Shown here: one piece after another, positions 25,189 through 34,591 of the stretch
Layout of the letters: every line of letters starts with the position of its first letter
Numbering within the stretch: the first letter of the stretch is position 1
From: a virus
Taxonomy: Duplodnaviria > Caudoviricetes
DNA length: 45,587 nt
Virus record (IMG/VR): IMGVR_UViG_3300024259_000058
Coordinates: 1-45,587 of that record
Strand: one strand, 5' to 3'
Notes under the pieces: generated by a model
What the model was told of the DNA's origin: nothing
The model's input: the letters and a program-made list of their open reading frames with translations, nothing else
The model's database searches: none
Made by a program: the position numbers and the translations under genes

Positions 25189-26674
25189 ATTAAGTATTTT
25201 AATTCCAGCAAGAAATGAGGAATTTCTTAAACAAACAGTAGAGAATTTACTTGAAACCAAAAACCATTATACAGAAATATTAGTAGGATTGGACGGACAG
25301 CTTCCAGTAGAACCATTAGACCAACATAAAGACGTTACAGTAGTTTATTTTGTTGAGAGTATAGGACAAAGAGCAATGACTAATCGCCTTTGTCAACTTA
25401 GCAAAGCAAAGTATGTAATGAAATTAGACGCTCATTGTAAAATGGATAAAGATTTTGACAAGAAACTAATTGAAGATATGCAGGATGATTGGACGGTAGT
25501 TCCTAAGATGTATAATCTACACGCCTTTGACTGGGTATGCCAGAGCTGTGGAGTAAGACGCTATCAAGGAAAGTCAGGTAAATGTAAATGTGGAGGAGAA
25601 GAAAAAAAAGAAATTATTTTTGAAGCTAAGCCTAGCCCAGAGACAACAGCAATGAAGTTTGACACAGATTTAAGGTTCGGTTATTGGGGACAATATAAGA
25701 AACGGCAAAAAGGAGATTTAGTAGAAACAATGTCATTACTTGGAGCTTGTTGGATGTTGACTAGAGAGAAATATTGGGAGTTAAATATATGTGATGAAGA
25801 ATTTGGAAGTTGGGGGCAACAAGGAACAGAGGTAGCGTGTAAGACTTGGTTATCGGGAGGAAAGCTTATTTGCAATAAGAAGACGTGGTTTGCTCATATG
25901 TTTAGAACGCAGGGAGGAGACTTTGGCTTCCCTTACGGACATAAGAAAGGAGCAATTACTAAAGCAAGACAGCATAGTAGAAACTTATTTCTTGAAGGTA
26001 AATGGAAAGGAAAATATGATTTAAATTGGTTAATAAATAAATTTAATCCACCAGATTGGCAAGGAATAATTTATTATACAGATAATCAGTTAAACTTAAA
26101 GATAGCTCATAAAGTTCAGGATAGATTAAAGAAAATGGGATTACCGATAGTATCGGCTAGTTTAAAGCCAATGAACTTTGGGGAAAACTATGTTATTGAA
26201 GGCAAAAGAGGAAATGAATCTTATTTTAAACAGATATTAAAGGCGTTAGAAAAAAGCAAAAGCGAAATAATATTCTTTTGCGAACACGATGTATTATATA
26301 ATCCAACACACTTTGATTTTATTCCACCTAAGAAAGATAAATTTTATTTCAATACAAATGTTTGGAAGGTAGATTGGGAGACAGGTAAAGCGTTATGGAC
26401 TGATAATTTGCAACAGGTTTCAGGAATGGTGTGTTATAGAGATTTCGCCATAGAGCATTACGAAAGAAAATTAAAGCTAGTACAAGAAGGTAAATTTAAT
26501 AGACGATATGAGCCAGAAACAAAAACAGGTTTATTAAGAGTAAGTTACCAATCTAAAGAGCCTATTTACGATATTAGACACAATAACAATTTAACTAAAT
26601 CAAGATGGAGCAAAGATAAATTTAAAAATAAAGAATATACAAAAGGTTGGAAAACTAAAACAATAAAATTATGA
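25178..26674 (+). CDS. Two-domain glycosyltransferase: GT27-like domain plus second GT-A domain
   Basis: SILIPARNE, LDAHC, WGQQGTEVACKTWLSGG, FAHMFR; C-terminal IIFFCEHDVLY. Confidence 0.85.
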   Translation: MNFKLSILIPARNEEFLKQTVENLLETKNHYTEILVGLDGQLPVEPLDQHKDVTVVYFVESIGQRAMTNRLCQLSKAKYVMKLDAHCKMDKDFDKKLIEDMQDDWTVVPKMYNLHAFDWVCQSCGVRRYQGKSGKCKCGGEEKKEIIFEAKPSPETTAMKFDTDLRFGYWGQYKKRQKGDLVETMSLLGACWMLTREKYWELNICDEEFGSWGQQGTEVACKTWLSGGKLICNKKTWFAHMFRTQGGDFGFPYGHKKGAITKARQHSRNLFLEGKWKGKYDLNWLINKFNPPDWQGIIYYTDNQLNLKIAHKVQDRLKKMGLPIVSASLKPMNFGENYVIEGKRGNESYFKQILKALEKSKSEIIFFCEHDVLYNPTHFDFIPPKKDKFYFNTNVWKVDWETGKALWTDNLQQVSGMVCYRDFAIEHYERKLKLVQEGKFNRRYEPETKTGLLRVSYQSKEPIYDIRHNNNLTKSRWSKDKFKNKEYTKGWKTKTIKL

Positions 26675-27030
26675 AATATAGTTTAGATGTACAAATTATT
26701 CATTCAACAGCGTCTAAGGTCCAAGATATTTTGGATGCTTTTCCTGCGTCTTCTGATAGTAAAGTAGATAGTGATTTATATGAAATGGGAGCAGTAGGAG
26801 ATGAGTACAACGAAGAAACAGGCGAATCTACAGGTAACTATCAAGGCAATGCAATGATAAGATATAACAACAGCACAGATAGGACTGCCACTTTAGATAT
26901 TATTAACGCAATCCAGGACATTTTAGATAATTGCGAAGTCGGTTCTTGGATTAGAGAATTAAAATGTTATCACGATGAAGACCCTCCAAGTCCTTGTGAA
27001 GTGGAAACATTATGGGAGGTAACTGTATGA
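26671..27030 (+). CDS. Hypothetical acidic protein
   Basis: 119 aa ORF coupled to GT. Confidence 0.7.
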   Translation: MKYSLDVQIIHSTASKVQDILDAFPASSDSKVDSDLYEMGAVGDEYNEETGESTGNYQGNAMIRYNNSTDRTATLDIINAIQDILDNCEVGSWIRELKCYHDEDPPSPCEVETLWEVTV

Positions 27031-27173
27031 AATATATTCAAATATCAAAATCAACTGGTAAAGTCTACGAGCTTGATAATACAGGCAAGAAGACTTTAAT
27101 TAGTGGAGTTGATAAAACTACTTCATTAAAATCAATGAAAACAAAAGCTAAAGAATTTATTAAGAAAAAATAA
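27027..27173 (+). CDS. Small hypothetical protein (48 aa)
   Basis: My translation MKYIQISKSTGKVYELDNTGKKTLISG...; ATGA overlap. Confidence 0.55.
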   Translation: MKYIQISKSTGKVYELDNTGKKTLISGVDKTTSLKSMKTKAKEFIKKK

Positions 27174-27177
27174 TTTT

Positions 27178-27588
27178 ATGTTTAAAAAAGAAATTCGTAA
27201 TTTCGACAATGTACAGTTTGCTGATTTAAGAAAAAAGATTGATGATAAATTTAACAAAGTTCACGATGATTTATCAGAGGCTTATTATGATTTTTGGAAG
27301 AAAGGAGAGAGCAAAGAATTAGTAGCTGGCGGAACAACTTATGATAAAGCCGATACTCCCGAAGCAAGTAAAGAATTATTTGATAAACTCCACGCTTTAA
27401 TTTTTGATTTAAGAGATGTAAACTTTCACAATGAGAACTTAAAACAACCAGCTAAAGACCAAATCCCAGCAGATAAATATAAAGATAAAAAAGACAAAGA
27501 CGGCAATGTTGTTGGGGATAAAGTGCAAGAAGCACAGAATAAAATTGACTCATTAAAAACCGAAGGCATAGAATTAGATATAAAATAA
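27178..27588 (+). CDS. Hypothetical protein
   Basis: 136 aa ORF in operon. Confidence 0.7.
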   Translation: MFKKEIRNFDNVQFADLRKKIDDKFNKVHDDLSEAYYDFWKKGESKELVAGGTTYDKADTPEASKELFDKLHALIFDLRDVNFHNENLKQPAKDQIPADKYKDKKDKDGNVVGDKVQEAQNKIDSLKTEGIELDIK

Positions 27589-27591
27589 TTT

Positions 27592-30500
27592 ATGAAATTT
27601 ATAACTCCAATAGAAATAACACCAGGAAGTTATGATGCGTGGACTGATGTTGATGTGTCGTCTTATGTACCGTCTGGAGCGACTGGGGTTGCTTTGCATA
27701 TTGTCAATAAACACGCTAGCACTAATTATTATGTGGGTTGGCGGAAAAATGGAAGTACAGATAACAGGACTGACAGAGTAATGGCTGACACTCATTTTTG
27801 GTGTAATATAGGTATCGATAGTAGTCAAATTTTAGAATTGTATATTGACAATGCTGATGTAGATGTTTATTTAGTTGGATATTTTGATGGATATGCTTCA
27901 TTTTTTACAAATGCGACAGATAAGTCGTTAGGTTCAACAGGTTCGTGGATTGATATTGATATTTCTACAGACACTGGTGGGGATACAGCAATAGGTGCAA
28001 TTTTTGAAGTTACTGCAACTAGTCAAGTTAATCAATGGAGTTTTAGAAAGAACGGCTCGACTGACGATAGAGTAACTTATGCTGGAATGCATAAAGCAGC
28101 TATCATTGGAGTTGATGGTTCAGAAATATGCGAAGGAGAAATAAATAGTACTGATGCTGATTTTTATTTAGTTGGATATATAACAGACGGAGCGACTTTT
28201 AATACAAACGCAACTGATATTTCTCTAGGTACTACTGGAACTTGGACTGATTTAACTACTTTGCCTAGTGGAGCAATCGGAGCATTTGTTGAAATTCATG
28301 GTACTGCACACGGTTATGATTATGGCTTAAGAAAAAATGGAAGTAGTGAAGATATTTATAGTATTTCGTACAGACATGCTTGGGGCATTGTAGAAGCAGA
28401 CGAAAGTAGAATAATTGAAGGGAAAATTGAAAATACTGGATGTGATTTTTATTTAACGGGTTATCCCGAAGCAGAAGATATAACCGACTGGACATATTCC
28501 GAGACTTTAGAAATAGATGCCGATAGTTATATCTCTGGTAATTTATCAGATTTCCCAGTTTATGTAGAAGTTGACGATACTCATACAGATTTTTGGGATT
28601 ATGTTAAATCAGACGGAGGAGATGTTAGGTTTACAGATAGCAGCGATAACCTATTAGATTTTGAAATAGAGTCTTTTGATTATGCAGGAGAAGACGCTCA
28701 TTATCACGTTAAAGTTCCTACTCTTTCCAGTTCAGTAGATACAGAAATAAAGATTTGGTACGGCAATGCCTCGGCAACAGACGGGAGTAACAAGGAGGCA
28801 GTTTGGGATGATAATTTTAAAATGGTTCAACATTTGAATCAAGACGGAGATTCTTTCAGTGGTAGCACGGCTTATGATTCAACAAGTAACGAGAATGACG
28901 GAACGAATTATGGCTCGACGGACGAAGCAGGGCAGATTGATAGAGCAAGGGACTTTGATGGATTAAATGACTATATAAATATCGGTAACCCCTCAAGCCT
29001 ACAAATTACTGGTAATTTAACTCTAAGTGCTTGGGTGGATAAAGGTATAATTCCCCCTTATCATATCCTAACAAAAGACAATGTGACTGATAGATGCTGG
29101 ATTTTCAGGATTTTATCTACAGCTGGTGCTTATTTCGGTATTTTTAAAAGCGGTTCTTTACATGCTGCCGTTGGAGGTTCATTATCAATTGGAACTTATT
29201 CTCATGTGGTAGGAGTTAATGACGGAACAGATATAAAAGTATATGTTAATGGTGCCTTAGTTGGTACAAATTCTGGAAATGGTGGAACTATCGACAATGA
29301 TAGTGCCAATCTACAAATAGGTAGAAGAGATTATTCGGCTAGTTATCAGTACTTTGATGGAAGACAAGATGAACATCGTATCTCTAACACTGCCCGTTCC
29401 GCTGACTGGATAGCGGCTGAATACCGTTCTGGATTAGGTGCTTGGATAACTTGGGCGGCGGCAGGTAGTCCGTCTTCATCAGTATCACCTTCAGTTAGTC
29501 CTTCAAGCTCGGAATCCCCATCAGTTTCACCATCAAGTTCAGAATCTCCATCCGTATCACCAAGTTCAAGCGAAAGCCCTTCAGTTTCACCATCAGCCTC
29601 TGTGAGTCCTTCATCTAGTGAATCTCCATCGGTGAGTCCGTCATCTTCTGTGTCCCCTAGTAGTAGTGAAAGTGCTAGTATTTCACCTTCTTCGTCAGAG
29701 AGTCCTTCAGAGTCTCCTTCTGTTTCTCCGTCAAGTAGTGAATCACCATCAGTAAGTCCAAGTGCGAGTGTATCCCCATCTTCAAGTGAGAGTCCTTCAG
29801 TATCACCTAGCTCTAGTGAAAGTCCATCAACAAGTCCGAGTTCTTCTGAGAGTCCATCTGTTAGCCCATCAGCCTCTGTGAGCCCGAGTAGCTCCGAGTC
29901 ACCAAGTGTTTCTCCTTCTTCAAGTGTAAGTCCAAGCTCTTCCGAATCTCCAAGTATATCACCTAGCTCATCAGTTTCTCCTTCATCTTCGGAATCTCCT
30001 TCAACTTCACCAAGTTCAAGTGAATCACCTTCGGTTAGTCCTTCATCCTCTGAGAGTCCATCAGTGTCTCCATCAGCTAGTGTTAGTCCTTCATCTAGCG
30101 AATCTCCAAGTGTATCTCCCTCTTCTTCAGAATCACCCTCTGAAAGCCCTTCAGTTTCCCCAAGTTCTAGTGAAAGTCCTTCAGTAAGTCCAAGTGCGTC
30201 TGTTTCTCCATCAAGTAGCGAATCACCAAGTGTATCTCCTAGTTCATCAGAAAGTTCGAGCATTAGTCCGTCAGTTCCGCCAGAAGGAAGCAGTTCAGAA
30301 AGTCCTTCTGTTTCTCCTTCTAGTTCAGAGAGTGCGTCAGTTAGCCCTTCACCTTCAGTTAGTCCTTCAAGTTCAGAGTCCCCGAGTATCAGTCCTTCTT
30401 CAAGTGTATCCCCATCTTCGAGCGAGTCACCGAGTATTAGTCCTTCTGCTTCAATAAGTCCATCATCTTCAGAATCATCTTCCGTTTCTCCAAGCAGTAG

Positions 30501-30876
30501 TGAATCTCCATCAGTTTCTCCTTCTTCATCAGAAAGTCCAAGTATAAGCCCTTCCAGCTCTGAATCTCCTTCTGTCAGCCCAAGCAGTTCAGTCAGCCCA
30601 TCTGTTTCTCCTTCTTCAAGTGTTTCTCCTTCGGCAAGTCAAAGCCCTTCAGCGTCTGATAGTCCAAGTGCAGCAACCGTATTTACAGAAAATAAAGAGA
30701 AGTTTGTAAATGATGGGGGAATAATAGCTGCTTTTTCAGGGCAAAAATATTCAGTGTGGAACACAGATGGTAGACCAACAACAGAAGTAGGTTTAGTAGG
30801 ATTTAATACAGATACTGGTAAAATGGAAGTGTGCGATGGCGATACTTGTCAGCCAATAATTTATCCAACTTCTTAA
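27592..30876 (+). CDS. Large virion adhesin/fibre: three ~97 aa beta repeats, DUF2341-like domain, LamG domain, ~400 aa Ser/Pro stalk, C-terminal anchor-like module
   Basis: RKNGS...YL(V/T)GY x3; DGGDVRFTD...FEIE...IWYGN; LamG HVVGV...VYVNG...IG...FDG..DE.RIS..ARSADWI; SPSSSE/SPSV repeats; WNTDGRPT...GFNTDTGKMEV. Confidence 0.8.
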   Translation: MKFITPIEITPGSYDAWTDVDVSSYVPSGATGVALHIVNKHASTNYYVGWRKNGSTDNRTDRVMADTHFWCNIGIDSSQILELYIDNADVDVYLVGYFDGYASFFTNATDKSLGSTGSWIDIDISTDTGGDTAIGAIFEVTATSQVNQWSFRKNGSTDDRVTYAGMHKAAIIGVDGSEICEGEINSTDADFYLVGYITDGATFNTNATDISLGTTGTWTDLTTLPSGAIGAFVEIHGTAHGYDYGLRKNGSSEDIYSISYRHAWGIVEADESRIIEGKIENTGCDFYLTGYPEAEDITDWTYSETLEIDADSYISGNLSDFPVYVEVDDTHTDFWDYVKSDGGDVRFTDSSDNLLDFEIESFDYAGEDAHYHVKVPTLSSSVDTEIKIWYGNASATDGSNKEAVWDDNFKMVQHLNQDGDSFSGSTAYDSTSNENDGTNYGSTDEAGQIDRARDFDGLNDYINIGNPSSLQITGNLTLSAWVDKGIIPPYHILTKDNVTDRCWIFRILSTAGAYFGIFKSGSLHAAVGGSLSIGTYSHVVGVNDGTDIKVYVNGALVGTNSGNGGTIDNDSANLQIGRRDYSASYQYFDGRQDEHRISNTARSADWIAAEYRSGLGAWITWAAAGSPSSSVSPSVSPSSSESPSVSPSSSESPSVSPSSSESPSVSPSASVSPSSSESPSVSPSSSVSPSSSESASISPSSSESPSESPSVSPSSSESPSVSPSASVSPSSSESPSVSPSSSESPSTSPSSSESPSVSPSASVSPSSSESPSVSPSSSVSPSSSESPSISPSSSVSPSSSESPSTSPSSSESPSVSPSSSESPSVSPSASVSPSSSESPSVSPSSSESPSESPSVSPSSSESPSVSPSASVSPSSSESPSVSPSSSESSSISPSVPPEGSSSESPSVSPSSSESASVSPSPSVSPSSSESPSISPSSSVSPSSSESPSISPSASISPSSSESSSVSPSSSESPSVSPSSSESPSISPSSSESPSVSPSSSVSPSVSPSSSVSPSASQSPSASDSPSAATVFTENKEKFVNDGGIIAAFSGQKYSVWNTDGRPTTEVGLVGFNTDTGKMEVCDGDTCQPIIYPTS
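29467..30669 (+). repeat. Ser/Pro low-complexity repeat region (~401 codons)
   Basis: SPSSSE, SPSV and SPSASV units with varied synonymous codons. Confidence 0.95.
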
Positions 30877-30877
30877 T

Positions 30878-31096
30878 ATGACTATTCTTATGACAGTTAT
30901 AGCAATACCTTTTATATTATTAGCAGTAGGATTTATAATAGTAGGAATTGTATTTTATCAGTTAAGTAGACCATTTCCTCCAACTAGCGACTGTTGTGAT
31001 GATACTGTTAGAGATTGGAGTACTAAAAATGGCGAAGTAATTGAAGGAATATTTTGTATGAAATGTAATAAACCTTGTAAAGAAATAATTAAATAA
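30878..31096 (+). CDS. Small membrane protein with Cys motif
   Basis: N-terminal TM; SDCC...CMKCNKPC. Confidence 0.65.
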   Translation: MTILMTVIAIPFILLAVGFIIVGIVFYQLSRPFPPTSDCCDDTVRDWSTKNGEVIEGIFCMKCNKPCKEIIK

Positions 31097-31107
31097 AAAT
31101 TAACAAA

Positions 31108-31467
31108 ATGTGCACAGCCAGAGAAGTTGAGATTTTACTCGACAAACAAAAATTAGACATCTTAGAAAAGGTAGATGCCTCTATAAACAAGCGAATACAA
31201 CATCAAACGCCCAGCCCTGAAACAAGAAGCCAATTTACTAAATTAAATATCAATATGAGTAAAATTGAAAAAGATATTGAATACATAAAAGAGAGCTTTA
31301 AGGATAATAAGGAAGAACATCACGAACTGTCAGGAGTAATTAAAGATTTTATTAAAAGTGCCGATACAAAGTATGCTGGTAAATGGGTAGGAGATGTGTT
31401 GAAATGGATTGGCGGAGTAATAGGATTAGCGATAATAGGAGCATTATTAAGTTTGATAATAAAATAA
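31108..31467 (+). CDS. Putative holin-like protein (coiled coil + C-terminal TM)
   Basis: KWVGDVLKWIGGVIGLAIIGALLSLII; position near peptidase. Confidence 0.5.
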   Translation: MCTAREVEILLDKQKLDILEKVDASINKRIQHQTPSPETRSQFTKLNINMSKIEKDIEYIKESFKDNKEEHHELSGVIKDFIKSADTKYAGKWVGDVLKWIGGVIGLAIIGALLSLIIK

Positions 31468-31468
31468 T

Positions 31469-31624
31469 ATGACCAACGAAGAACAAGGAGGCTTTTATTG
31501 CGACAAGTGTGGGGCAATCTGTAATGGCGAACAAGACTGTAAACACTACCCTGGACAAAAAACTGAAAAAGAGTTTTTTAAAGATATGCCTACTTCAATA
31601 AAAGAATTATTAAATATAAAATAA
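31469..31624 (+). CDS. Small Cys-rich protein (51 aa)
   Basis: My translation MTNEEQGGFYCDKCGAICNGEQDCKHYPG... Confidence 0.55.
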   Translation: MTNEEQGGFYCDKCGAICNGEQDCKHYPGQKTEKEFFKDMPTSIKELLNIK

Positions 31625-31649
31625 ACCGCACCTTACAAAGGAGGATAAA

Positions 31650-31769
31650 ATGAAAATAATATATGTTGATTTCAGCAAAAGAGGAAAAGAACTCAGAGAG
31701 TTAAAAAAGAAAAGAAAACAGGAGAAAAAGGAGGAAGCAAGATGTGGACTAAAAAAAAGAAGATACTGA
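31650..31769 (+). CDS. Small basic protein (39 aa) with canonical SD
   Basis: AAGGAGG 5 nt before ATG; MKIIYVDFSKRGKELRELKKKRKQEKKEEARCGLKKRRY. Confidence 0.55.
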   Translation: MKIIYVDFSKRGKELRELKKKRKQEKKEEARCGLKKRRY

Positions 31770-31999
31770 AAAGAGTGTGCATTAGTTGCAGAAGTCCAAT
31801 CGGTTGTTATGACCAAAACAAAAACAGATATACCTGTAAAGATTGTGATGGATATTGCCCATTAAAGGGTGTTAAAGCTACTCACGGAGTGTGTGATAAA
31901 TGCCTAAAGGAGGCTAAAATTGCTTTGCAAACAATGCGTGCATTACGAAAGGCAAGTGATAAGCGAATGCGTCGTCTTGGACTGGTGCAAACTGATTGA
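31742..31999 (+). CDS. Cys-rich zinc-finger-like protein with canonical SD
   Basis: CISC, CKDC, THGVCDKC; AAGGAGG 7 nt before ATG. Confidence 0.7.
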   Translation: MWTKKKKILKRVCISCRSPIGCYDQNKNRYTCKDCDGYCPLKGVKATHGVCDKCLKEAKIALQTMRALRKASDKRMRRLGLVQTD

Positions 32000-32058
32000 T
32001 TATGGTTCAAGACCTTTAATGAAACAAAAACACTGCAACCATTTAAAGGGGGCGAAAA

Positions 32059-32259
32059 ATGAAAACCGTAAGATTTTGCGGAAACTGCCTGCACTGGGAG
32101 CAACATTGCCTTGATGGTAATAACTATGTAATCGGACATTGTAAAAAATACAATAATAAAAAAGGAGCAAGTCATCCAATTTGCTGGAGGTGGGAGGATA
32201 AAAATACGATGGGTTTACCGTCAGAGTTCACCCAAGAACAAAACTCTGCAAACACTTGA
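32059..32259 (+). CDS. Cys-rich small protein with SD-like site
   Basis: CGNCLHW...GHC...C..W; AGGGGG before ATG. Confidence 0.65.
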   Translation: MKTVRFCGNCLHWEQHCLDGNNYVIGHCKKYNNKKGASHPICWRWEDKNTMGLPSEFTQEQNSANT

Positions 32260-32335
32260 AGCGTAAACAGCGTAATCAAGTGTGGGGCGAAGCTAACAAA
32301 GCCAAGCCCCTTTCTAAGAAGTAACCAATAACAAT

Positions 32336-33358
32336 ATGAACAAAAACTATGGGTTAATTTTAGAGAAGCCAAATGAGCTAGATTATATGTTTGGTGCAGA
32401 TAATGATATTGGAAAAAAAGTATTAATGCACGATAGAAACTGGACTGCTTATTTACCAACAGGAGAAAAACAATCACATCTATATCACGATGATTATGGT
32501 TGTGTTACACACTCAGCTCAAAATGTTATAGAATGTATATTTAACTACAAGATTGAACAAGGATTATTTAGTGAAGAGAATATAGAATGGCTTAATAAGA
32601 ATGGGTATGTTGATGATAGGAATAAAGTAAACTTCGATGATTTCTTTATTGCTAATTTATCTAAAACCAAGTGTAACGTTGGTAATACTTATCGGAGAGT
32701 AGCTGATACGATACGAGAATATGGTTTAACGCCACAAATAAATAGACCACAAGCAACAAGTTGTAGCCATTGGTACCAAAGACCTATTACAGACCAGGAA
32801 TTAGAATTAGGAAAACAGTTTAAACTTAGATTTAAGATTAATTATGAAACAGTAATTAGAGGAGCTTTCAATAATGCTTTAAAGTATAGTCCTTTACAAG
32901 TAGGAGTAAATGCTTGGTTCAAGCAGAATGGTTTATACTATAACGAGGTCAAGAAATGGAACCACGCAGTTACTTACTTCAGAAAACCAGTAGAGATACA
33001 GTTTATTTTTGATAGTTACGGAAAATCAACAGAGGATAGCTTCATTAAAAGACTTACTAAAGATTATCTTTTTGGCAAATGGGCTTATGCTTATTATGTG
33101 AAAGATATTAACTATAAAACCGATATGCAAATAAAATTATATAAAGAGGAGGGGAGTAGTACTGTTTACGCTAGAGGAGAAGATATGGGAGATGGTAAAT
33201 ATCATCCTATTGGTCAATCAGACTTCGTGATGATGTTCGCTAATAGTTGGGACGAACTAAACGTAACAGAGACTAAAATAAGTAAATCAGAGATAGGAGA
33301 TATGATAGGAAGCTATGGTTTTTTACAAAGAGTTTTAAATAATTTATTTAATAAATAA
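32336..33358 (+). CDS. Papain-like (C1) cysteine peptidase, candidate lysin
   Basis: EKQ...GCVTHS (Cys), WNHAV (His), IFDSY (Asp); separate C-terminal module. Confidence 0.7.
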   Translation: MNKNYGLILEKPNELDYMFGADNDIGKKVLMHDRNWTAYLPTGEKQSHLYHDDYGCVTHSAQNVIECIFNYKIEQGLFSEENIEWLNKNGYVDDRNKVNFDDFFIANLSKTKCNVGNTYRRVADTIREYGLTPQINRPQATSCSHWYQRPITDQELELGKQFKLRFKINYETVIRGAFNNALKYSPLQVGVNAWFKQNGLYYNEVKKWNHAVTYFRKPVEIQFIFDSYGKSTEDSFIKRLTKDYLFGKWAYAYYVKDINYKTDMQIKLYKEEGSSTVYARGEDMGDGKYHPIGQSDFVMMFANSWDELNVTETKISKSEIGDMIGSYGFLQRVLNNLFNK

Positions 33359-33362
33359 CATT

Positions 33363-34565
33363 ATGAAAAAATTAATTCTTAAAATTATCAAATTATTTAC
33401 TAAGGATGATGATAAGTTAGGAGCTTTTGGTACACCTTTTAACAATCTTCAAAGTAATATAAAACAACCATATAAAATTGTCGCTACCGATGGTTCAGGA
33501 GATTATAATTGCAATGGTACTGACGACCAAACAGAAATAAATTCAGCGATTGACGCGGTTAATACAGCTGGTGGTGGTGCTGTTTATCTGAGGGCAGGTA
33601 CATACACTATTAGTAGTAATGTTGTGATAAAGTCTAATATTATTTTAAGAGGAGAAGGAGAGGCAACAGTCATCAAATTAGAAGATGAAGCAACTTTATC
33701 TAGTGCTGGCTTAATAAGAGCTGTTGATGGAGCAAGCCATTTTGTATTAGAGAATTTCGTTGTTGATGGAAACAAGTCAAACCAAACATCAGGAACTAAC
33801 AAATATGGTTTTTATTGCGGGGAAAGTGGAGATGTTTCCGAGTATTTAATTTTAAGAAATTTACACGTTAAAGATTGCTCGGGATATGGATTAGACCCAC
33901 ACGAACTTACAAGATATATGTTAATTGAAGATTGTTTAGTTGAAAATAATGGCGATGCTTCAAATGATTTTGATGGTATAACGACTGATTATTGCGAATA
34001 TAGCGTTATTAAGAATAATATCGTTAAAGGAAACCAAAGACACGGAATAAATATCGTTACAACTTCTAGTAATAATGTTTATATAGGGAATATATGTGAA
34101 GATAATGGCGACCACGGTATTACTATAAACGGTTCATCTGATTGTGTGATTTCTAACAATGTTTGTATAGATAACACACAAAACGGTATTTATGCAACAA
34201 GTGCAGATGATAACAATATAAGTGATAATTATGTATCAGGAAATCAACAACACGGAATTAAACTTTATAAGTCCTCTTATAACGTAATTTCAAATAATAA
34301 ATTGAAAAATAACTCACAACAAACAAATAACGGATATAATGAAATTATTCTGGATGATGGTTCGTCAATTTACTCTACCTATAACATTGTTTCAAGCAAT
34401 CATATCAGGTGTGTTGAGACTAATAAAGCTAAATATGGTATCAGAGAAGACGCAGCGGGAAATGATTATAATATTATTACAGGTAATATCGCAACAGGAG
34501 CAGTAACTACTAATATCTCTTCTCAAGGAGCGAATAGTGTTTCTGCTAACAATATTGCACCGTAA
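33363..34565 (+). CDS. Right-handed parallel beta-helix (pectin lyase-like) protein, spike/depolymerase-like
   Basis: EINSAIDAV..AGGGAVYLRAGTY, ILRGEG, repeated N-N/GI stacks. Confidence 0.8.
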   Translation: MKKLILKIIKLFTKDDDKLGAFGTPFNNLQSNIKQPYKIVATDGSGDYNCNGTDDQTEINSAIDAVNTAGGGAVYLRAGTYTISSNVVIKSNIILRGEGEATVIKLEDEATLSSAGLIRAVDGASHFVLENFVVDGNKSNQTSGTNKYGFYCGESGDVSEYLILRNLHVKDCSGYGLDPHELTRYMLIEDCLVENNGDASNDFDGITTDYCEYSVIKNNIVKGNQRHGINIVTTSSNNVYIGNICEDNGDHGITINGSSDCVISNNVCIDNTQNGIYATSADDNNISDNYVSGNQQHGIKLYKSSYNVISNNKLKNNSQQTNNGYNEIILDDGSSIYSTYNIVSSNHIRCVETNKAKYGIREDAAGNDYNIITGNIATGAVTTNISSQGANSVSANNIAP

Positions 34566-34591
34566 ATAAACTAATTCACTAAATAAAATTT

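Noticed and set aside
23016-26674. GTs as DNA-hypermodification or host O-antigen conversion enzymes
   Set aside because: Not excluded but less favoured: they lie in the structural operon, there is no base hydroxymethylase or GtrAB/membrane partner, and they show DxH peptide-GT-like motifs
29346-30263. 305 aa minus-strand ORF
   Set aside because: Antisense shadow of the Ser/Pro repeat, which lacks stops on the opposite strand
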